64,000 nucleotides of DNA from an uncultured candidate division Zixibacteria bacterium (GCA_963664195.1 OY760907.1:3296001-3360000); one strand, 5' to 3'. Positions 50,110 to 59,406 are shown, numbered from the stretch's first letter. A program made the numbers and translations. The notes: generated by a model from the letters alone, not told the origin.

Positions 50110-52842
50110 CTACTCTCTACCGGCTCCGAATACGGAGAAGGCTGCCCAGTGAAATGCCGAAGGGAATCGTTCCCTTACAGCCAGGGCTGCCTCCCTGGTG
50201 GATTGATGAACAGTGAGGTTCTTCAAGTATGACGTATAGAACGTGCGCATCCATAGTGCGGTGGATGCGTCGTCCACTGCCCAATGGCTGGCAATAACGT
50301 TGCGTGCGCCCATCTCCAACAATGAGCGCACCAGCCCGGTTGACTCCTCCCCCGGCATGTAGGACTGCTGCCCCGTACGGCACGCGGCAAGCGTCACCAG
50401 CCCGACACGGTTTTGTCTCAAGCGGAAGTCCGCCGCAAACAGCGGACCATCGCTCAACTGAAGCGAAGAATATATCGGATTGTCACTGCGGTACTGTGCA
50501 TGGCCAAGGTAATGCCACACACCACTACTGCCCTCGAGTGGCCAATCGGCACGGCCACACCGCTCGTGACAAGTCACCTTCCATTCAGCGTTATTGTGAA
50601 AGACCGCCAACTCGTCGTTACTCGCCGACAATCCCTCGGTATTACCAACAAACACGTCGACCGTGCGGTCAGGGAGGTCGATTGAAATCGCGTTCAGGAA
50701 GTGCCTGAGGCTGGGATTGACAATCACACTCGTAATCTCAGCCAGAGGTTTTCCGTCAACGATCAACGCCTGCCAGGGGAAATTGGACAATTCACCTTCC
50801 GGCAGGATGAGAATCTCGCGGGATCGAGTGATCTCCTTCAGCGGTCCGAGTAGCCAGTCGCCCATTTCTGCAAACAGACCTGCTTCTTCTTCGGGGTCAA
50901 AAGGTGAGCTGCATCCACCTGAGTGCACCGCACGACCGAGCAGCAACTGCAGGAGGCCTTCGTATCTCCGCAGTCTCTCGCGACCTTCTACGTGTCGATG
51001 ACAGCGAGTCTCGCCTCTAGAGTGAACAAAGGTGAGTATATCTCTGCCGTCCATGTGCACTTGGAAAACCGGAAGTCGCTCAGAAACCTTCGCGAAGGCG
51101 GACCGCAGGTTTGCCTGTTCAGTGACGCGCGTTTTGGACGAGGACTGGATTTCCCGCAGCCCCCGAATCACACGTGTCTGCAGATCGCGGACTCTCCGGG
51201 GTTGCAGACCGGGATTGACTCCGCCGCGAGTAGTCTTGCCGTCCACCTGGGTTGCAAGGGAAGACACCTGCTGGGCAAGCTCGGAGAGATCGTCATGCAC
51301 TCGACGGGAATCAGAGCCAACAGGTGTCCACAGACCGGCGGTACGATGGCGTTCGGACCAGACCGCTGCCTCTTGCGGGTTGTCGTCGGTCAGATCGGAG
51401 ACAAGGCGAAGATATGGATCGTTGCGTCGACGCGAAAGGAACGACCGTACCTCGGCAGGCGGCAGCTTGACGCGAACCGCATCCATCTTCTCCGCTGCCT
51501 TGATCCAGTGCCTGCGAGCGTCGGCCTTTCGTCCCAGCCTGTGAAGGCGATCCCCCAATACCGTCTGCCAGGCGGCAAACAGATGTGGGACTGCCTTTAC
51601 TGCCCGGTTGCGACCGAGTCTCTGGCGGATAGAATCCGCATCGGGGTAAAGTGATAACAGTTCCAGATCGGCAATAGCCTCCCACAGAGGCAGTTGCGTT
51701 CTTGTGAGGCTCTCACGAGCCTTCAACAATTCGGAACGTTGCGTTTTGTCCCCGGAGGCGGCGAGCGCAGACATCACTCCGACCACTGCCTGAAACGACG
51801 GATTATCTGCCTCGCGAAAACCTTCACCCGCACGTTGCAGCGCCCGCTTACCCGACGGAACGTCCCCCACGGACAGCAGCGCTTTGGCCTGAAACAGGCC
51901 TGCCTTGGCGGCCTCGTATTTCAGTTTAAGCTTGCGAGCGGTTCTTTCGGCAGCCCTGGCGGCGTTGCGGGCGTCAGTGAATAAGTTAAGGGCAAGATAT
52001 GTTTCGGCCCTATCAAGCTGGCACAACATGGCACCCTTATGCTGGCCGGCTTGTTGATAGTATGTTTCGCAGTCTGCAAGTCCGGTCAGCGCATGATGAT
52101 AGTTGCCCTGAAGCATTTGAAGCCACGCCAAACCGTACCGACATTCATTCGCGTACAGATCGTAGCCCAGGGTGCGGAATCCTTCCTCGGCCTTCAGGTG
52201 AAGCCGGGTGGCTCCGTCGAAATCGAATGTCTGAACAAGAGTATTCGCGAGGTTGTACCGGCAAACGGCAAGCGATCGTTGGTCGTCTGTAGCCTCAAGG
52301 ACATTGAGTGCTTTTTTGTAGAGTCGGGCGGCGTCAACGTGTCTGTCCTGACGGTGCAACAGGTTGGCGTAGTTGGCCCGCGTTCTGGCGGCCTGGACTT
52401 TGTCACCCAAACGTTCGAATGTCCGTAGCGCGGACCGGTATCTCGAGCGTGCCTCAGAAGTATTGTCGAGATACATGAAGACATCGATCAGGATCAAATC
52501 GACCCTTGCTCGCCAGACAGGATCACGGGCCAACAGCTTTCGGGCTTCAAGGTAGGCGTCGCGCGCAGCAGCGTATTTGCCTCGCACATGTTGAGTCCAA
52601 CCGAATGTTCTCAGGGCGGTTGACAACAGGATCCCGTTGTGAGGCCGTGCCCTGTCGACAAACCTTGCAGCCAGACGCTCCGCCTTTTTGGGCGAACGTT
52701 GTGTCTCCTGACGAATCAGGCCGCTGAGATCACTCGCAAGTCGGTCGACATCAAAGTTGTCCAGCTTGCGACCGACAAGAAACCGCTGCGCCGAAGTTAT
52801 CGGCCTTTTCATCGAAGGGCTCACCATAGTATGCTGTCGCAT
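50110..52842 (-). CDS. TPR-CHAT (caspase-like) protease (start may be 52827)
   Basis: N-terminal TPRs; LILPEGELSNFPW, His motif WHYLGHA, Cys motif VTLAACRTG, VIASHWAVDD, HWAAFSVFG. Confidence 0.92.
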   Translation of the reverse strand: MRQHTMVSPSMKRPITSAQRFLVGRKLDNFDVDRLASDLSGLIRQETQRSPKKAERLAARFVDRARPHNGILLSTALRTFGWTQHVRGKYAAARDAYLEARKLLARDPVWRARVDLILIDVFMYLDNTSEARSRYRSALRTFERLGDKVQAARTRANYANLLHRQDRHVDAARLYKKALNVLEATDDQRSLAVCRYNLANTLVQTFDFDGATRLHLKAEEGFRTLGYDLYANECRYGLAWLQMLQGNYHHALTGLADCETYYQQAGQHKGAMLCQLDRAETYLALNLFTDARNAARAAERTARKLKLKYEAAKAGLFQAKALLSVGDVPSGKRALQRAGEGFREADNPSFQAVVGVMSALAASGDKTQRSELLKARESLTRTQLPLWEAIADLELLSLYPDADSIRQRLGRNRAVKAVPHLFAAWQTVLGDRLHRLGRKADARRHWIKAAEKMDAVRVKLPPAEVRSFLSRRRNDPYLRLVSDLTDDNPQEAAVWSERHRTAGLWTPVGSDSRRVHDDLSELAQQVSSLATQVDGKTTRGGVNPGLQPRRVRDLQTRVIRGLREIQSSSKTRVTEQANLRSAFAKVSERLPVFQVHMDGRDILTFVHSRGETRCHRHVEGRERLRRYEGLLQLLLGRAVHSGGCSSPFDPEEEAGLFAEMGDWLLGPLKEITRSREILILPEGELSNFPWQALIVDGKPLAEITSVIVNPSLRHFLNAISIDLPDRTVDVFVGNTEGLSASNDELAVFHNNAEWKVTCHERCGRADWPLEGSSGVWHYLGHAQYRSDNPIYSSLQLSDGPLFAADFRLRQNRVGLVTLAACRTGQQSYMPGEESTGLVRSLLEMGARNVIASHWAVDDASTALWMRTFYTSYLKNLTVHQSTREAALAVRERFPSAFHWAAFSVFGAGRE

Positions 52843-53393
52843 TCGATATTTGTTGACGGTGAAAGGAGTTGGAGTTTTCGAGGCGGCCTGTTCGAGGTCC
52901 AGAAGTAGCAGCCACGGAATTCGGGGCTCAATCTCTCTTTTCCAATCTTCAGGACGAACTCAGACGATGCCCTGCCGCCCTTGTAGCAGCGCGCCACAAA
53001 GCGGTATCCCTCGGGCCTTCGCTCCACAACCAACTCGAGACTGATGTCACCGGCGGCAAAACGGAGACGCCTCTCCATACCGCAGGCAGAATCACGCAAG
53101 GCGGCCGGGTTCGACTGCCAGGTGTCCAGAACAGATGTCCCGCGAACAAGGTCCCGGGGCATCCAGTTGCCGATCAACAGCGGCAGAATCGCCGAAGAAG
53201 ACGCGCTATCGGAAGACACTCTCGTACGGGAGATGTCTCCGACAGTCTGACTGACTGCCATCAACTCGAACATGGTTCGACATTGCTCGCACTCGTCAAG
53301 ATGCGTCTGAAACGGCACTTCGCCCGTCCTGACAGCCCGCAACATTTCGCCGCGTTCCGGATGTTCTGTGATTGCTCTTGACTGTTTCATCAT
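52821..53393 (-). CDS. Putative soluble zinc-binding anti-sigma factor
   Basis: HLDECEQC = HxxxCxxC; directly after the ECF sigma; no TM helix; beta-rich C-terminus. Confidence 0.7.
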   Translation of the reverse strand: MMKQSRAITEHPERGEMLRAVRTGEVPFQTHLDECEQCRTMFELMAVSQTVGDISRTRVSSDSASSSAILPLLIGNWMPRDLVRGTSVLDTWQSNPAALRDSACGMERRLRFAAGDISLELVVERRPEGYRFVARCYKGGRASSEFVLKIGKERLSPEFRGCYFWTSNRPPRKLQLLSPSTNIECDSILW

Positions 53394-53446
53394 ACTTGTT
53401 TTGCCTCTGCTCTGTACTTAAGTGCCGTGAGCGTCGGTTCTAGTAC

Positions 53447-53992
53447 CTACCAATAGCCTAATTCCTCAAGAATTTTGCGAAGTTTGTTGAGACAGCGTGT
53501 GCGGGTGGGGCCAAGACTGTTGGCCGGGATGCCGAGATCGCGGGCAATATCGGCGTACTTCTTCTTCTCAGGAGCCAGGAAAATGGCGTCGAGCAGCTTG
53601 TGACATCGATCACCCAGCAATTCCATCCCCTGTTTGAGAATAGCGGCCGATTCAAGCAATTCGAGTTCCCGGTCGGGTAGTCCCTCTGAATGCTCGGGCA
53701 ACTCGGGCTGTTCGCTCTGGTGCCTTGATCTCGACTTGATGATGCGCGTGGCCTCTCGCGAAGCCACTCGAATCAGCCAAACCGGAATGCGATTCGGATC
53801 TTTGATTTTGTGGCGTGATTGATAAAGCGCTGTCCAGGTCTGCTGAGCGCAGTCTTCGGCTTCTGTCGGCTGAAGGCCCGACTTGTTGGCAACAGTATAT
53901 ACGAGCGGACTGAGTCTGTGAACAAGTTGGCTCCAGCAAGCAGGATCCTTGCCCAGAATACCAAACCAGATATTGGATATGCTGTCGTACAT
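53447..53992 (-). CDS. ECF sigma factor
   Basis: AEDCAQQTW, WLIRVASREA (region 2); YADIARDLGIPANSLGPTRTRCLNKLR (region 4). Confidence 0.93.
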   Translation of the reverse strand: MYDSISNIWFGILGKDPACWSQLVHRLSPLVYTVANKSGLQPTEAEDCAQQTWTALYQSRHKIKDPNRIPVWLIRVASREATRIIKSRSRHQSEQPELPEHSEGLPDRELELLESAAILKQGMELLGDRCHKLLDAIFLAPEKKKYADIARDLGIPANSLGPTRTRCLNKLRKILEELGYW

Positions 53993-54185
53993 GTCTAACG
54001 CCGTCCCTCGCCCGGTGAGTCCTCGACCCAAAGAAAACCTCGATGCGCATACCTATGATGCAACCTAATCTTCTTTACGCAAGAGGTACGCAAAAGATAG
54101 TTTGTTTATTTTGGTGACGTGGTACTAAACGACGTTGTTCACGCCTCTTTAGTGGGGGAGGATGATGTAGTGCGGACTGTTCGCG

Positions 54186-54647
54186 CTAATCGTCGCTGAG
54201 GCTGTCAAACCGGCTGAGGATCTTTTCGATGAGTATTTTCATCAGCTCATCGCTGAGCGCTTCTTTGTCGATTTTAAGAGACCACTTCCCCGTGCTATCG
54301 ACTTTGAAGCTCACACCCGTCTTGAGTACCGCTATCGCCAGCGTGACTACTACAACGCCGGTCACAAAATCTATCGCCATCTGATCCGGCTTGGGGCCTC
54401 GGGCGAGATCGTCTATGCGTGTTGCCAGTTTTGGTTCGCAAGCCAGCACTTGGAGGGCCGCACGGGCCAAGTCGCCGTCGGTGACTCCGCCTTCGACGCC
54501 TGCCGGGCAGAACTCGTTGCGCAGGGCAGTCTGTTCCTCGGGCGTGAGAGTTTCCTCTTTCCCGTCTGCGCTGAGTTCGTATCGGGCAATTGTGTTCAGC
54601 ACGTAAAGGGCTGTCTTGTCATCCAGATTGGCTATTGTCTCATTCAT
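54186..54647 (-). CDS. Small CHAT-associated protein with one hydrophobic helix and a C-terminal beta-hairpin (153 aa)
   Basis: GGAGAG RBS; ATGAATGA overlap with the upstream stop; GDLARAALQVLA..P, TGVVVVTLAIAVLKT, FKVDSTGKWSLKIDK. Confidence 0.8.
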   Translation of the reverse strand: MNETIANLDDKTALYVLNTIARYELSADGKEETLTPEEQTALRNEFCPAGVEGGVTDGDLARAALQVLACEPKLATRIDDLARGPKPDQMAIDFVTGVVVVTLAIAVLKTGVSFKVDSTGKWSLKIDKEALSDELMKILIEKILSRFDSLSDD

Positions 54648-57600
54648 TGGTATCTCTCCGTGATTCAACCTGAGTTCCGTGGGCGGTAGTTACCCCTTCT
54701 GCCACTTCGTCTGCCGAGTCATCGATTTCTGGGAACGGCCCGATATCGGCCTCTTCCCACATAGCTCGGAGTTTGGCCTGGTCCTCGGTGGAAGAATGGC
54801 TAAAAGTCGTCTTGAAAACCGCCGCGCCGCGAGAGGAGTTGTGCTGATCGTTGGTTTTCCGAAACGTCCGGATGCTTTTGATCAGCCATGTGCCTGATTC
54901 AAGTATATTGCCCCGCAATCCGGCGAGTATACCAAGTTGGCCCAAGGTGCTGGCAGCGCCATTTTCGTCGTCTTGTTTCTTCTTGATCGCAAGCGACTTC
55001 TGATACCAAGTCTCCGCCAAATTGAAATCACGCCGCTGCTGCGCAATCACCCCCAACTCGTGGTACGTAAGAGCAGCTCCGTGCCTGTCTTGCTTCTCCG
55101 AGATCGCTAACGACTTCCGATACCAAGTCTCTGCCGAATTGAAATCACCCTGCTCCCGTGCTATCAGACCCAACTGGTGGTAGGCCATCGCCATGCTCTG
55201 GTAATCTGACAGTTTCTCGAAGAGTTCGAGTGTCCTCAAGTGTAGAGACTCCGCTTCAGGGTAGTCTCGTCTCATCAGAGCCAGACTGCCGAGTTGGCCA
55301 TAGCTCTTAGCGGCTCCTCGCTCGTCGCCATGCTTCTCCTTGATCGCAAGCGACTTCTGATACCAAGTCTCCGCCAAATTGAAATCACGCCGCTGCTGCG
55401 CAATCACCCCCAACTGGTGGTACGTTTGAGCAGCTCGGTGCTTGTATTGCTTCTCCGAGATCGCTAACGACTTCCGATACCAAGTCTCTGCCGAATTGAA
55501 ATCACGCCGCTCCTCGGCTATTCTACCCAACTGGTGATAGGCTCCCGCCTCACCCTCCTTGTCTTCGGCAACGACTCTGTTTGCTGCCAGAAGTTCAAAC
55601 AACCGGAAAGCCTCATCGAAGTTGCGGGTTTGGAGAGAGTACTGCGCCAGTGACTGGGTCAGTGCGCCCAGATGGGTATCCTGCTGGAGGCGTGTGGCCT
55701 CGGCTAGAGCGTAGTGGAAGTTGGCACCGTGCAAGAGGAAAAAGTCACGTTGCTCGTGCAACTCTTTGGGAGCAAGTTCATTCGCCAGACTTCCCATGAC
55801 ATCAACGAATGCCCGCGTCCACTTTTCTGCAACATCCTCAGACTGCTTCGCAAGCAGGGACGAGCGCAGATAACCTGTCAGGGCCGGGTGCAATTCGTAG
55901 ATTGCCTGCCCCACGTCCCTAAGTACGCCCGCGCTCGCCAACGCTCCGCAGAACGTGTCAATGTGGTCACGCGTAAGGCCTTCGTCGACCTGTTTTACCA
56001 TGTGCTCAAGCAAGTCGGCATCAACATACCGCTCATGCAATGCCAACGGGATCAGGAGCGGTTGCAACTCATCGGAAAGGCTATCCGTGGCGACTTGAAG
56101 CGCGCTGTACAGTTTTTCAGTGCCTTCACCGAGGTCGGCCATATTGGTCTTGATCGCCTTGATCATCTCCTGCGCAGATTTGCTCTCAAGACGAGGCAAC
56201 ACGACACGCATAGCCAGCGGGTGCCCGTCGAGGAGCTTCATCAACTGAACAAGGCCTTTATCAGTGCGGTCAATCTCTATGCCCAGATCACCAAGAATCT
56301 TATCGCAATACTCCCAACGTTCTTCACCTCGCAGGCCGCCGATAGATATCTTCTGCCGCTCAATGCCCAGCCAATCTTCGTTGCTTCGGCTGGTAATGAT
56401 GACCTTGCTCTTCCCCCCGCGTATCCGCTCCAGCAGAGTTTTCAGTATCTGCCGATCCTCGGACGGCATGGTCGGTTTGATATAGGTGCCGTCTATCCCC
56501 GCCACAACCTCAAAGTTATCCCAAACAATGACAAACTGGTTGGCCCGCAGAGCGCCCACAAGCGCCTCCAACTTCTCGTCTGTCTTGGCCTGGAGAAAGC
56601 CCGACCCAAACAACGCGCTGCCCATCTGGTTGATCACAAACTCTGCGCTGCGGACGTCGATAAACGTCTGCCACAGACAGCCCTGCATTCCCTCGGTTTG
56701 ACCCAGCCATTTCACGAAGCCTTTCGCCAGCGTTGTCTTACCAACTCCGCCCAGACCGCTTATCAGAACGGCCGGAGTGTCTTTGCGCAGAGCACGCTCA
56801 AGTTTGAGCAGTTCACGGTCACGACCGATGAAACCGTACGGGTTGCTGGCATCCTGCGCCTCTTCCGGCAATTGGGTTCCAGCGGCTTCTGCTTTGGCGG
56901 CAACCTGCTCCAACGGAAGTTTGTACGGCTCCAACTGATAGATGACCGGTACAACGAAATCTCTGAGGGGGAACGTCCCCCGGGCGCAAACGCGTTTGTC
57001 CTGCTCAAGCATCTTCTGTCGCCCGGCCAGAGTTGCGTGTGACAGATCGCCTTTCCCGAACAACTCGCGGTAGAAGGCAGGCAGGAATTCCTGCGCCGCG
57101 CTGACGTAGAGCGAGTAGGCCATGGCCACGACACCGCGAATGCCTGCCTTAACCAGAGCCGCCGCCACCGAGGCGAATGGGTCTTCGGCCTTATCGGAGA
57201 TCATAGCCGACTGACAGGCGTTGAGGACCATCATCGGCACGGCATGTTTGCGAAGCAGGGCACTGAGTTTGTCGGGTTTGACGTAATTCGGCTTTCCGTC
57301 ATCATCTTCGAAAACGAGAACGCCCTCCGGCCCCTGATACTGATGGTCACCGTTAGGACCTGAGAATTCGCCCACACCGTAACCGCCGTGGCCGTCGAAG
57401 TGGACGACGTGATAGAAATCCGGGCGCTCCTTCAGATGCTCCAGAAGTCTCTCGAACGTGGGAGGACGGAGCACGTGAACCTTGGCCGGCAGTTTGTGTT
57501 TCTCGATCAGTTCAACCAGCGGGCGCGAGATTGAGCGATAATGGACATCGTCGTCGTACGGTCGTGCCGTCACCAGAAGAATGTTTATGCGGTCTTTCGG

Positions 57601-58098
57601 GAGTTTGTCCGACACCTCGACCGGGTCCCCCACGCCGTTCATGCGACGCTCTACCAAACTTGCAACCGACAAGTACGTCTTTTCAGGCGCATGGAGAGCC
57701 TCCCACGGCCAGCCGAGGACAACGGGATCATCGGACATGATTTGCAGTCGCAGATTGTCGTCGCCCTTTTCGGTGGCTCGGTCGAACCAGCCATAAGGCT
57801 TGCCCGCGCCGAACAGAGCCGTAAAGGTCTTTTTTCCCCAGTCATCGAGAGCGTCGCGGATGTTCTCGGCCCTGACAGTCCACGGATCGTAAGGGTAATC
57901 AAGAAACGTTTCCAGATACCAGGCCAGTCCGGCCATGAGGTTGCTGTCGGGCAGGTCCTGGACCCTGGTGTCGTAGGGAGAGACCACTTCAACGGGATCG
58001 GCAGCTTTGCTGTCCTCCCCGCGTATGACGCTGAACTTCGGCGGGTTACTGTCTGGTTCGTGCTTGATAATCAGTGTGTTCATCTTGCGACCGCTCAT
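54640..58098 (-). CDS. NLR-like CHAT protease - STAND (NB-ARC-like) NTPase - TPR protein
   Basis: WPWEAL, HFDGHG and VLNACQS (CHAT dyad); FIGRDREL, GLGGVGKT, VWDNFE, IITSR, GHPLA (STAND); C-terminal YHQLG TPRs. Confidence 0.93.
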   Translation of the reverse strand: MSGRKMNTLIIKHEPDSNPPKFSVIRGEDSKAADPVEVVSPYDTRVQDLPDSNLMAGLAWYLETFLDYPYDPWTVRAENIRDALDDWGKKTFTALFGAGKPYGWFDRATEKGDDNLRLQIMSDDPVVLGWPWEALHAPEKTYLSVASLVERRMNGVGDPVEVSDKLPKDRINILLVTARPYDDDVHYRSISRPLVELIEKHKLPAKVHVLRPPTFERLLEHLKERPDFYHVVHFDGHGGYGVGEFSGPNGDHQYQGPEGVLVFEDDDGKPNYVKPDKLSALLRKHAVPMMVLNACQSAMISDKAEDPFASVAAALVKAGIRGVVAMAYSLYVSAAQEFLPAFYRELFGKGDLSHATLAGRQKMLEQDKRVCARGTFPLRDFVVPVIYQLEPYKLPLEQVAAKAEAAGTQLPEEAQDASNPYGFIGRDRELLKLERALRKDTPAVLISGLGGVGKTTLAKGFVKWLGQTEGMQGCLWQTFIDVRSAEFVINQMGSALFGSGFLQAKTDEKLEALVGALRANQFVIVWDNFEVVAGIDGTYIKPTMPSEDRQILKTLLERIRGGKSKVIITSRSNEDWLGIERQKISIGGLRGEERWEYCDKILGDLGIEIDRTDKGLVQLMKLLDGHPLAMRVVLPRLESKSAQEMIKAIKTNMADLGEGTEKLYSALQVATDSLSDELQPLLIPLALHERYVDADLLEHMVKQVDEGLTRDHIDTFCGALASAGVLRDVGQAIYELHPALTGYLRSSLLAKQSEDVAEKWTRAFVDVMGSLANELAPKELHEQRDFFLLHGANFHYALAEATRLQQDTHLGALTQSLAQYSLQTRNFDEAFRLFELLAANRVVAEDKEGEAGAYHQLGRIAEERRDFNSAETWYRKSLAISEKQYKHRAAQTYHQLGVIAQQRRDFNLAETWYQKSLAIKEKHGDERGAAKSYGQLGSLALMRRDYPEAESLHLRTLELFEKLSDYQSMAMAYHQLGLIAREQGDFNSAETWYRKSLAISEKQDRHGAALTYHELGVIAQQRRDFNLAETWYQKSLAIKKKQDDENGAASTLGQLGILAGLRGNILESGTWLIKSIRTFRKTNDQHNSSRGAAVFKTTFSHSSTEDQAKLRAMWEEADIGPFPEIDDSADEVAEGVTTAHGTQVESRRDTNE
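54982..55505. repeat. Intragenic 167-bp direct repeat (54982-55148 and 55339-55505), 6 mismatches
   Basis: Manual alignment; offset 357 bp = 119 codons. Confidence 0.9.
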
Positions 58099-58237
58099 TT
58101 TCTAAGGCTCGGCGGAGTCCGGGCCGGTACGTGTATGACTAGATTCGTTGTCGTTCGCGCTAGATAATGGGATTACACCCACCCCTGTCCTGTCATATAT
58201 AATATGGAATCGGTGACCTGTAAAGAGGGATTGCACG

Positions 58238-58269
58238 AAAAAGCGGCTGCCTCAGGTAGAAGCAGCCGC
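58238..58269 (-). terminator. Intrinsic terminator of the dockerin-protein gene
   Basis: GCGGCTGC-N11-GCAGCCGC, followed by TTTTT on the minus strand. Confidence 0.7.
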
Positions 58270-58293
58270 CAAGTTTGTACAATAGCGAAAGAA

Positions 58294-59406
58294 CTACGGG
58301 CAGGGAGGAAGCGGCAAGAGATCGATAAACAGGTGATCTATCAGCCTGGTCAGGTCACCCATGGTCACAAGACCATCGGCACTCAAATCGATATTCCCCT
58401 CCTCGACACAATTGAGCGGCTCGAGTGTGATGAACATGTGCGAGACCATCGTGGTCAGGTCGCCCATTGTGATCAGGTTGTCAGCGGAGCCGTCGACATT
58501 GCCCACAGAGGGACCGGTGCAGCAGCCTTCAGAAGGCACCAACAGAGTGATCTCGTCGATTCGAACGTCGCCCTCATAATCATCGGTATGCGGCTCTCCC
58601 ACGTACAGGAACTCAAGCGGCTCATCCATGGCAAACACGAGGTCGATGTCGACCGGCGTGGTTTCCTCAATGATGTTCTTCGCCTCATCATATAAACGCA
58701 GCGTAATCGTGCTGTCCTTCTTCTCCAACTCGGCGTAGTACCAGGTGTTGTATGCATAGGTGTAAGCAACGTTCCAGTTCCAGAGAGAAGTGTCCCAGGA
58801 TGAGCCGTCCCACGTCCGCAACAGGTTGCCGCCAGCGTTGGTTTCGGGGGCCATATACACCATATAGACAGGATGGACCGTCTCACCTCCGCCGTAGTTG
58901 ATGTGGTTGTCAATATCAATGACCATCTTTCGATGATAGTGCCACCACAACTCGGCACACTCACTCTCAATGCACGTGTCGTTGGTAACGGTGAGGAAAT
59001 ACATGCCATTCTCGTAATGGCCCGAATGGCTGTTGAAGTCCGGATGGTCGAAGTCTGCCTGTTCGTAGTTACTAAGATCGTAATTGATGTATCCGATTTT
59101 TGTCCGGATCTTGTATTCCTCGGGCAACGAACTGGTGCTGCGGATCAAGGCCGCGTTCCAGAAATCGGGAGCACTGAGTTGCGCATAGCCGTTGGCAACG
59201 GTAATCACGCCGCCGTTAACGAGTTGGAGGATCAGCCAATCGCCGGCGCCAAAGGTCTCTCCGTCGACACCGACGAAATCGGTATCGAAATCCTCCTCGT
59301 GCAGGAGACTCCACCCGGTATCGTCAAAGTCGGTGGTTCCCGCGACTGCGGGGAAAAAGCCCGAAACGAAAACTGCCGACACGATTGCAATCAGTACTCG
59401 AAACAT
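58294..59406 (-). CDS. Secreted beta-sandwich protein with C-terminal dockerin-like double EF-hand
   Basis: Signal peptide; Trp/Tyr-rich lectin-like body; CCTGPSVGNVDGSADNLITMGDLT and EEGNIDLSADGLVTMGDLT repeats. Confidence 0.8.
   Translation of the reverse strand: MFRVLIAIVSAVFVSGFFPAVAGTTDFDDTGWSLLHEEDFDTDFVGVDGETFGAGDWLILQLVNGGVITVANGYAQLSAPDFWNAALIRSTSSLPEEYKIRTKIGYINYDLSNYEQADFDHPDFNSHSGHYENGMYFLTVTNDTCIESECAELWWHYHRKMVIDIDNHINYGGGETVHPVYMVYMAPETNAGGNLLRTWDGSSWDTSLWNWNVAYTYAYNTWYYAELEKKDSTITLRLYDEAKNIIEETTPVDIDLVFAMDEPLEFLYVGEPHTDDYEGDVRIDEITLLVPSEGCCTGPSVGNVDGSADNLITMGDLTTMVSHMFITLEPLNCVEEGNIDLSADGLVTMGDLTRLIDHLFIDLLPLPPCP

Noticed and set aside
54982..55505. Repeat pair as a DGR template/variable repeat
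   Set aside because: Both copies are in-frame coding, mismatches are not restricted to adenines, and no reverse transcriptase is present
55714..57042. Long antisense ORFs (442 aa here; also 3266-4378, 8975-10069 and others)
   Set aside because: Shadow frames of well-supported genes on the opposite strand in GC-rich DNA; no motifs
37782..58194. Inverted 11-mer GACAGGACAGG at 37782 and 58184-58194 as island termini
   Set aside because: Many 11-bp matches are expected by chance in 64 kb; no target duplication or transposase
37608..58200. Integrative element or prophage inserted at tRNA-Leu
   Set aside because: No integrase, phage or conjugation genes, and I found no duplicated tRNA 3' end; the region is accessory but not a demonstrable mobile element
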